The notes under the pieces are model-generated. The model was not told the DNA's origin. It saw only the letters and a program-made list of their open reading frames with translations, and did no database searches. The translations under genes were made by a program, and so were the position numbers. This document shows, piece by piece, positions 49,133-57,239 of a stretch of 64,000 nucleotides of DNA; position 1 is the stretch's first letter, and each line of letters opens with the position of its first letter. The stretch spans positions 368,366 to 432,365 of the forward strand of contig CAXWPL010000003.1 in the NCBI GenBank assembly GCA_963666215.2, given 5' to 3'. Source of the stretch: Acidobacteriota bacterium. GTDB taxonomy: Bacteria; Acidobacteriota; UBA890; WLXD01.

Positions 49133-49280
49133 GGCGTGGGGCGAGCGGCGTCACTCGTAGCGGGGCCCGCACTTGTACGACGCATGTCGTCCCCCCGGCG
49201 ACAGCTCGGCACCAGTCGGCCGAAGCGACGCCAAGCGTGGAGGCGCGCCCCGCCTAGAGGGATGCCGCTCGCCCCACGCC
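49133..49280. repeat. Structured intergenic repeat, copy 2
   Basis: 24-bp arms at 49133-49156 and 49257-49280; same conserved blocks and spacing as copy 1. Confidence 0.85.
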
Positions 49281-49705
49281 CGGCCCCCCCCAATTGCGAC
49301 CCCGTCGTGTCGCTCTCTCTACCTAGCGACCCCGCGAGGCCGCCACGTCAGGCTGCTGACGCAGCCACTGGTAAACCTGACCGAACCGGAGCCGGATCGC
49401 GGCGTTCTTCGCGGGTGTTTGCGGGCAGCAGTAGCTGAACTTGCTGAAGGGCACGCCAGGGGCCGACTCGGGCCCCATGGTCCAACGCCACGTCTCTTCG
49501 GCCATCGCCAAGTAGGCAGCCCGACGCGTGGGGGACGTGGAGAGCAGCGCGCCGTAGGCGTAGCCGTCGGTGAGAACCTGGTTGATGGCGTCGAGCACGC
49601 GGAACAGCGCCTGCTCGGCGGCGGGATCGGGTCGCTTCACGTGACGACGGGCAAACGCGTAACGACCGAGCGCTTCGCTGACGTAGCCGTTCTGCCAGGG
49701 CGCGG

Positions 49706-51114
49706 GGGGATGTCCCACCGTCCGTTGAACTAAGGCGACGGTGAAGTGGTTGGGGATTGTTACGCAGTACGGCGCTCCTGCTCAAGGGGAACGTCGACGG
49801 CGGTGTTGAGTACGGCATCGAGCTTGGCGATGTCGCGGTAGCCACGAACCCTCCGGAACTTGCTCTCGGCCTCGATGAGTGCAGTAACCGCCCATCGAAC
49901 GATCATGCTCCCGGAGCGCCACCGCTTTACGTTGCGGCTGACGTGTTTGATCGTCCCGTTCAGGTTCTCGATCGTATTCGTTGAACGTAACGTCCGAAGC
50001 AGCGGCCCCTGAACTCGGAGCCGAGTGACGGTGAGCGTCTCTTGCATTCCTTCTCTGAGCGAGGCCGCTGCACCGGGGTGATCGGTCTCCAGCTCCTTGA
50101 CCACGGCGTCGAGCTGCTTGGTCGCTGCCGTGGCCGTCTCCGCCTTCCACGCCTTGCGGATCTTGGCTGCGAACCAGGGCCGGATATGCCCTGGCAGATG
50201 CTCCAATACATTCTTGATCTTGTGGACACGGCAGCGCTGGATCAGGGCCCACTCGCCGAACGTGTCGCGCACTGCTTTACGGAGGCCCTTGGAGCCATCG
50301 ATTACCACCAACCGCGCCCGTTCGACGGGCATGCCGCGCTCGATCAACTGCCGCAGCAGCGACCGGCACACGTGGGAGCTCTCCGTGGTGCCCTCTACGA
50401 CACCCAGCACATGCTTGACGCCGTCCGCGTCGATGCCCATGGCGATCACCAACAAGTGCTTGCCCATGTGCGTGCCGTCGATCACCAGCACCGGCAGGTC
50501 CACTTCATTGAGCGGTTGGGCCAGGTACTGCTGCACCTGCTTGGCTGTACGCGCTACGAACCGCCGCGACACACTCGAGCGACTCGTTCCCGACGAAGCT
50601 CGCCCGTCGTCGAGCCGCTCTAACGAGCGCTCGTACTTGCGCGTCGTGACGCCGCACAGGATCTGCTCTACGGCGCGCTCTTCGAGCGGATCTGTTGCCT
50701 TGAACCTCTCCCAGTGCGGCAGCGGCAGCTCTTGGCCATCGACGCTCCGAGCCCGCGGCTTGCGTACCTTGACCCGCCGGCCGCCCATCACCAGCGAGCC
50801 CTCGTCGTAGCCGTGTCGGTACGCCCGCCGCTGCTGTGACCGCGCGTAGCGCTCTCCGCAGAGCTCCGCCCGGTCTTCTTCCAGCAGCGAACCCAACACC
50901 CCGAAGCCCGCGTCCATGACCAGCGCTCGTAGATCCGATCGCGCCGCTACCACTGCCTCCAGGAGCGGGTTCTCTTGGCGCTCCGCTTTCCTACTTGTCT
51001 CTGTTCTGCGACTCTTGCTTATGACGGTGATCCTCCATGCCAGTGGATTGACCCCGACACACTATCGAGGTCGGATCACCGTCACCCTTTTTCAACGGAG
51101 CCTGTGACATCCCC
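49706..51114 (-). mobile_element. IS256-family insertion sequence (~1.4 kb)
   Basis: Imperfect terminal IRs GGGGATGTCCCACCGTCCGTTGAACTAAGGCGACGGTGA and (reverse complement) GGGGATGTCACAGGCTCCGTTGAAAAAGGGTGACGGTGA; flanks GGGCGCGG / TGGCGCGG (7/8 TSD). Confidence 0.95.
49760..51022 (-). CDS. IS256 (Mutator-type DDE) transposase
   Basis: YRHG, VIDG, VIDGSKGL, QRCRVHK, RSTNTIENLN; the frame is open up to an ATA at 51022 preceded by GGAGG. Confidence 0.95.
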   Translation of the reverse strand: MSKSRRTETSRKAERQENPLLEAVVAARSDLRALVMDAGFGVLGSLLEEDRAELCGERYARSQQRRAYRHGYDEGSLVMGGRRVKVRKPRARSVDGQELPLPHWERFKATDPLEERAVEQILCGVTTRKYERSLERLDDGRASSGTSRSSVSRRFVARTAKQVQQYLAQPLNEVDLPVLVIDGTHMGKHLLVIAMGIDADGVKHVLGVVEGTTESSHVCRSLLRQLIERGMPVERARLVVIDGSKGLRKAVRDTFGEWALIQRCRVHKIKNVLEHLPGHIRPWFAAKIRKAWKAETATAATKQLDAVVKELETDHPGAAASLREGMQETLTVTRLRVQGPLLRTLRSTNTIENLNGTIKHVSRNVKRWRSGSMIVRWAVTALIEAESKFRRVRGYRDIAKLDAVLNTAVDVPLEQERRTA

Positions 51115-53493
51115 TGGCGCGGCGTTCCCCTTGTCACGCTCGCCACGGTCCCCTTCCCAGTCGAGCGCGGCGCACGGGTAGCGCGCCCCAGACAGGTTCT
51201 GCTCGCTGATGATCTCGGCTTTGAGGAGCTTCTTGGCCAGCGTCAAGTACTTGGCCTTGCCAGTGACCTCCCAGAGTTCCGTGAGAGCCAGCGCTGGCCA
51301 GGCCTGCGACCGCGTTTGGCTGTTGAAGTCGAGCTCGCCATTGCCCGCGATCATCGCGTCGAGCCAAAGGGCGGTCTCCTCGGCGGCATCCAGCATCGCG
51401 CGGTCGCCGGTGAGCACATACCAGGCGAGCAACCCGCGCACCCAATAGTGGCTCGGCAGGGGCTCATTCGAGTGGTCGGTGTCGCTGTTGTCGTGCTGGC
51501 GGACGCCGTGGGAGTAAACGCCGGCATCCTTGCCGGAGTGGTAGATGTCGATATCGACGAGATGACGCAGTATCGACTCCGCGGCGTCGAGGAAGGCACG
51601 GTCGGGCTTGGCCTGCCGCAGGTACTGGACCAGTAGTGACCAGCCGAAGTCGAACTCGTTGTTGCCGAAGTGACGATCGTCCTTGTTGCCGGCGCGATAG
51701 CTGTCGCCCCAGTCGCGCCAGCCATAGATGTCGTCCGCTAGACGCTCGCCCCAGAGGTCCTTGCCGCGGGGTCCGTTGACCACGCGATCGCCGATCTCGG
51801 TGAGCCGCTTCGTCGAGGAGTCTCCCGATTGCGCCGCCGCGATCGGCCCCAGGGCCAGGGTCTCCGCGACCCACTCCGGTTCAACGGTTCCGTGCAGTGG
51901 CTCTGCGAACGCCGCGAAAGAAGGAGACTGACCTTGATGCGCTCCGCGATGGAAATCGAACAGAATCTCGTGAGTCTTCTGACGCCCGCCTTCGAGCCGG
52001 TGCGGTTGTCGCGAGCCGGCAGGCCACAGGTCGATCGACACCGTTCCGTCGCCGGCGACCCGGAGACCCTTGGGGAAGTTCTGCCAGAAGTGCCGCATCC
52101 CGAACGCTACGCCCCAGGCAGTCGTGCTCAGATCCGCCCAGCCACTCGCTTGCAGCCCGCGACCCGGCGCACCGTCTACGCGAAAGCCGCGGAAGCTCAC
52201 GCCGCGGTCGCCGTCGTTGCTCTCGCCCCATTTCGGGCCGCCGCTGCTGTCCTGAAACACGCCAACGCTGGCCGCCGCCGGCAACGGCCCCGAATACAGC
52301 CTGTTGCCCGTCGCGGCTCCGCCCTTGTTCGGATACTCGACTCCGGCGGGAGTCTCTCCGCCGAGCGTGAACCTCGTCGTCGCGCCGCCGGTCATCACCG
52401 GAAGCACCAGACTCAATCGCTCGAACTCGTGCTAGAGGCGCGAGCCACCCTGGTTGTGCTCGGTGGTCAGGAACCGCTCGGGGTTCCTCACGCTGTAGAA
52501 GACGCGCACCCAGGACTTGCCGCGATAGACGTGAATCCGTGCCGTGAACTCCAGATAGGGCAGCGGCATCCGCCCGTTCGATAGCTGCCGACCATTGTCG
52601 GTATTCGACGTGTGCCGACCGTCGACTCGAATCACCCCGTGCAGCGGCCCGTTCTGCTCGATCGTCACCTTCACAGACCCGTCGGCACTCGAACGGAAAA
52701 CCGTGCCGTCGAGGCGCTCGATCTCCACGCCACCCGTATGTCCCGAGGCCACCCTCAGGGTCTCGGGCTCGCCATTGCCGTCGACGTCGAGCTGAACATT
52801 CTCCAGCAGACGAAACCCACTCGCGCCCACGCGGAAGCTCAGTGCACCCGTGTTAGCCAGAACAGCCGCGCCGGCGCGTCTCAGTAGATCCCGTCCGCCC
52901 TGCTTGGAAGCGCCTGCCCGCGCCCGGAGCTCGAGATTCAGCGTCTTCCGTGCAGCGACGTCGGCCTGGAAATCAACCTGAACCCACTTGATCGCCCGCG
53001 CCTTCTTGTTCAGAGCGCCTCCCCAGCGCGACAGCACCGTCAGCTGAGCATCAACGCGGTCACCCTGGCTGTTGAACAACCGCAGGTCGTCGACGCGCTT
53101 GGTGCCGTCCAGAAAGGGCAAAGGGACACCCATGGTGACCGGATCGGACGACCGCTTTACGCCAGCCGGCTCGGTCAGACGCAGAGCGATCGGCGGCAAA
53201 ACAGCGATTGCGGCAACAGCGCTCGCTCGTATTGCGGGCCCCGCGTCGGTACGCACCATCGGCGCCGAAGCCACGGCAAAAAGGGCAACCAGCAGGACGG
53301 CGCGGATAGCGGGACTCTCGAGGGTGGGCATCGTTCAACGATCCCATGCAGAACATCCGGAGCGAAGCTGCTTCTCAGCGCTCTCCCGGTCGCGCCGCTA
53401 CCCGTGCGGGTGCCCCCGTACTATAGACGCTCCGCCGGAGCCCCCGCACGGCCACGTGATCGCCCGTGCGGACGCTCAGATCGCCCGGGTCTG

Positions 53494-55512
53494 CTACCCC
53501 CGCTCCACCTGGACCCGTGCATCGTTGAAGCAGGCCCCGTCTCCGATGTCGGTGTAGCTGCTCGGCGTCAGCGAGTTCGACGACGTCCCTGTGAGCGTGT
53601 TGTGACTCCACATTCCCTTCGGATGCATCACAACGCCCGGCCGCACGTTCTCGGTGACGTCGACATAGCAGCGCATCTCGCCGAGGTCGTTGAAGACGCG
53701 CACCACGTCGCCATCCTCGAGCGACCGGGCAAGGGCGTCGACCGGATTGATTTGCAGCGGCACCTGACGCTTGCGCAGCTGGCCGAATGTTGAGCTGACC
53801 GTGTGCCGCGTAGCTGGAGAGATCAGCGCCAGCGGGTACTCCTCGGTACCCGGATCGTCCCGATACCCGTAGAGCCCGTTGGCCGCCGCGGCGTCGAGAT
53901 CGGCGGGAACGAGATGCACCTTCTCGTCGTCCGTGAGCGGCACGACGTCCTTGAACTGAATGGGCGCATAGCCCGACGTCGGGTAGGCGATGAGATCGCG
54001 GTCGAGCTTGCCCGCGAGCCCGTTGCTCGCAGCACCGCCGTTACTCGAAAGGATGGCCTCAACCATCTCCGCGGCGGTCCCCGGGTCCCCCTCTCGTGCC
54101 AGCCCCATTCGTTGGCAGAGCTCGTGGAAAACGTCGGTGTTCGACCTTGCCTCCCCGGCAGCCGTAGCAACGGGTCCGCTGTGCTGAAGGACCATTGCAC
54201 CGTATCCACTGCTGAGCTCCGAGTGCTCCACAAAGCAGGTTGCGGGCAACAGTATGTCGGCGTATCGCGCGGTGTCGGTGTGCACCTGGTCGAAGACGAC
54301 CGTGAACAGATCCTCGCGCTGCAGGCCGGCGATGACGCGCTGCTGGTCGGGCATTGTGGCAACGGGGTTGCAGTTGTAGACGAACAGCGCGTTGACACGC
54401 GGCGAGCTCTCCTCGAGCAGCACCTGACCGAGGCGATTCATGTTGATCGTGCGCGCCGCGGTCGGCGGTTCCGCCGCCGCTTTCTCCGCTCGGAGGTCGA
54501 AAGCTCGAGAGTTGCTCATGGTGTAGCCGCCGCCGCGTACGCCGAACTTCCCTGCCACCGCCGGCAACGCGAGCACCGAGGCCACTGCCGAGCAGCCGTT
54601 GCGATTGCGTTCGAGCCCCCAGCCGCAGCGGATGATTGCGGGCTGAGCGTCGGCGTACAGACGCGCTAGGTTCTCGATCTGTTCTGGCCGCAGGCCGGCA
54701 ACGTCGGCGGCACGTTCGGTCGGCCAGCGGGCCGCACGTTCCCTGAGCTCGACTACACCCGTGGCATGAGCCGCGAGAAACTCCAAATCGGCGCGCTCGT
54801 TGCGGAATAGCCAATCGATCATCGACAGGGCCACCGGCAAATCGGTTCCCGGCCATGGTGCGATGTGGATGTTGGCGGTGCGCGCCAAACGATTCCGTCG
54901 CGGATCGACAACGACCACCTTTGCGCCCACGTCCTGCGCGCGACGCAACCAGGGCAGAGCATGGATACCCGTGGCGCCCGGGTTGCAGCCCCACACGATA
55001 ATCAGCTCGGCGTCCGGGTAGTCAGCGAAGGCAACACCCGGCATTTTGCCGTACAGGCCGCCGGCCGCCAGGCCGGAGGGCACGGCGCAGACCGTGCGCG
55101 CCAGATTCGATGCGCCCAGCCGACGGAAGAAGCGCACATCGGACGTGTCTTGCGTCAGGAGTCCGTTGGAACCGCCATAGTAGAAGGGCAGGATCGACTC
55201 AGAACCGTGCTCGTCGGCGACGGCAACCAGCGATCGCGCGATCCGATCCAGAGCCTCGTCCCAACTGACGCGTTCGAACGCGTCCCGACTCGCGTCGCCT
55301 TTGGGAGCACCCGATCTGCGAACTGCCGGGTAGAGCAGGCGATCCTCGCCGTAGAGGTGCTCCGGAAGCCGTCGCACCTTGCCGCAGATGTAGCCCTCGG
55401 TAAGCGGGTTGATCTCCGTGCCATCGACAGCAACGACGCGGTCGTCGACGACCTCTACCCGAAGGCTGCAGGCATCGGGACAGTCGAGCGGACAGTGGCT
55501 GGCGTGTTCCAT
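53494..55512 (-). CDS. Molybdopterin (DMSO reductase family) oxidoreductase
   Basis: CPLDCPDAC...ICGK 4Fe-4S motif, WGCNP, PGTD, TDTARYADILLPAT, FNDARV. Confidence 0.93.
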   Translation of the reverse strand: MEHASHCPLDCPDACSLRVEVVDDRVVAVDGTEINPLTEGYICGKVRRLPEHLYGEDRLLYPAVRRSGAPKGDASRDAFERVSWDEALDRIARSLVAVADEHGSESILPFYYGGSNGLLTQDTSDVRFFRRLGASNLARTVCAVPSGLAAGGLYGKMPGVAFADYPDAELIIVWGCNPGATGIHALPWLRRAQDVGAKVVVVDPRRNRLARTANIHIAPWPGTDLPVALSMIDWLFRNERADLEFLAAHATGVVELRERAARWPTERAADVAGLRPEQIENLARLYADAQPAIIRCGWGLERNRNGCSAVASVLALPAVAGKFGVRGGGYTMSNSRAFDLRAEKAAAEPPTAARTINMNRLGQVLLEESSPRVNALFVYNCNPVATMPDQQRVIAGLQREDLFTVVFDQVHTDTARYADILLPATCFVEHSELSSGYGAMVLQHSGPVATAAGEARSNTDVFHELCQRMGLAREGDPGTAAEMVEAILSSNGGAASNGLAGKLDRDLIAYPTSGYAPIQFKDVVPLTDDEKVHLVPADLDAAAANGLYGYRDDPGTEEYPLALISPATRHTVSSTFGQLRKRQVPLQINPVDALARSLEDGDVVRVFNDLGEMRCYVDVTENVRPGVVMHPKGMWSHNTLTGTSSNSLTPSSYTDIGDGACFNDARVQVERG

Positions 55513-55748
55513 CGACGCTCCTACTGGCGACGCTGAGCCGCGTGATCTCTGGGCCACCCAGTTCAAGGATGCCCGCACCAGATGTACGAATGGCCGTCTC
55601 AGACTATTATGTCGGCGACGTTGCGGGCGAGTTCCCAGAGCACGCTCGCCGCTTTCAGTCGAGTGATCGAAAGCAACGACACCGGCGCCTGGGGGCGGAC
55701 GCCGGGTTTTGGGGTGCGTCCGTTTCTACGAGACGACGGGGTGGAATC

Positions 55749-57239
55749 ATGCCGGCCTTCAGCTTCCTGCACTGTGCCGACGTCCACCTTGGTGCGCCTG
55801 TACGCGGCCTGGGACCCGTGCCGGACGCCATCCGCGAGCGCCTTCGCAACGCCCCCGCAGCGGCGTTCGAGCGCATCATCGACGTTGCGATCGATCGCTG
55901 CGTAGCCGCCGTTTTCGTTGCAGGCGACCTGTTCGACGGCACCGAGCGCAATCTCTACGCCCAGTCGCAACTGCGCGACCAGCTCGTGCGCCTCCACACT
56001 GCCGACATCCCGTCGTTCATTGCCGGAGGCAACCACGACCCGCTCGGCAGCTTTCGCTCCAGCATCAACCTGCCCGAGTCGACACACCTGTTCGGCGAGC
56101 GCGTCGAGCGCCACATCGTGCGCCATGACGGCAAGGTTGTAGCGCACGTCTATGGCGTTTCTTACCCGGCCTCGGCAGTGCACCGCAACCTCGCGGCCGA
56201 GTTCCCCGATGCTCCGGTTGGCCCGTTCAATATCGCTGTGTTGCACGCAAATATCGGCCACGAGCCCGGGGGTGGACCGTACTCGCCGTGCACCGTCGCA
56301 CAGCTCGAGAAAAGCGGGTTCGATTATTGGGCGCTGGGGCATGTCCACGCACGAGAAACCATCCGTGCGGCCAGGCCCACGATTCACTATCCCGGCAACC
56401 CGCAGGCGCTGCACACAAAGGAAACTGGCGCCCGTGGCGCCACCTTGGTTTCGGTTTCGGAGGCCGGCACCGTTGAACTGACGCCGGTCTGGACCGACGT
56501 CGCTCGCTGGCATCGCATACCGACGGCAATCGACGATGTCGAATCGATCGACGAGCTACAGGGCTCGTTCGCCGAGATCGCGGGGGCGCTGAGGGGGCTG
56601 AACCCGAACCGGATCCACCTCATTCGGTGGCGTCTCGAAGGCTACGGCCCACTGCATGCGGAGCTGTCACGACCGGGGGCGATCGACCAGCTCTGCGAAA
56701 CATTGCGGGCTCAGCAAGGGCAACCGTCGGAGGGCAGCCCCGTGTGGCTCGAGCGCCTCGAGCTGGCGACATCGCCGGTGCCCGACATCAAGCACATGCT
56801 CGAGCAGCAGGATTATCTCGGCGATATGCTGCGGCTGGGCGAGACACTGCGCGGTCGGGCTCCGTCAGGAGGCATGGGAACGGCCCGATCCGCGGCGGCC
56901 GCGGCAACGGCAACCACGGACAGCGGCGGGGCTGAATCGCCGGAGACTCCCCCACGGGCTTCCCTGGTGCGTTCGGTTGGCGCCGAGCTCGGCGAGCTCC
57001 TCGACCACGCGCGACTCCATCGTGCACTCGGCGAAGACCCTTGGAGCTCGCTGGACTGGGATCACTTGATCAGCCGCTCCCAAGCACTGGTGGTCGAGCG
57101 GTTGGCCCCGCACGAGCTCCACTCGACCGCCGAGCCAACGCACCACGCCCTCGATCTGAAACCGGCGACCGCCGAAGCTGGCCCCGGCAACTCAGCGCAC
57201 GACGAGCGGGCGCCGCTCGCCGAGGTGCCCGAGCAATGA
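55749..57239 (+). CDS. yhaO: Mre11/SbcD-like metallophosphoesterase (YhaO family)
   Basis: ADVHLG, AGDLFD, GNHD, LHAN, YWALGHVH, YPGNPQ. Confidence 0.92.
   Translation: MPAFSFLHCADVHLGAPVRGLGPVPDAIRERLRNAPAAAFERIIDVAIDRCVAAVFVAGDLFDGTERNLYAQSQLRDQLVRLHTADIPSFIAGGNHDPLGSFRSSINLPESTHLFGERVERHIVRHDGKVVAHVYGVSYPASAVHRNLAAEFPDAPVGPFNIAVLHANIGHEPGGGPYSPCTVAQLEKSGFDYWALGHVHARETIRAARPTIHYPGNPQALHTKETGARGATLVSVSEAGTVELTPVWTDVARWHRIPTAIDDVESIDELQGSFAEIAGALRGLNPNRIHLIRWRLEGYGPLHAELSRPGAIDQLCETLRAQQGQPSEGSPVWLERLELATSPVPDIKHMLEQQDYLGDMLRLGETLRGRAPSGGMGTARSAAAAATATTDSGGAESPETPPRASLVRSVGAELGELLDHARLHRALGEDPWSSLDWDHLISRSQALVVERLAPHELHSTAEPTHHALDLKPATAEAGPGNSAHDERAPLAEVPEQ

Larger units (their letters stand above)
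49323..53331 (-). pseudogene. Large secreted PcRGLX/YetA-like (exo-rhamnogalacturonan lyase-like) protein disrupted by an in-frame TAG and an IS256
   Basis: PVTMGVPLP, SRW...IKWVQVDF, EQNGPL, FWQNFPK, YGWRDWGD, NNEFD, HLVDID. TAG at 52432-52434 is in frame, and removing the IS rejoins KGNAAP-WQNGY. Confidence 0.75.

Noticed and set aside
52432-52434. Pyrrolysine or amber read-through at the in-frame TAG
   Set aside because: There are no pyl genes in the window, TAG is used as a normal stop in many genes here, and the same gene is also IS-disrupted, so a nonsense mutation is the simpler explanation.
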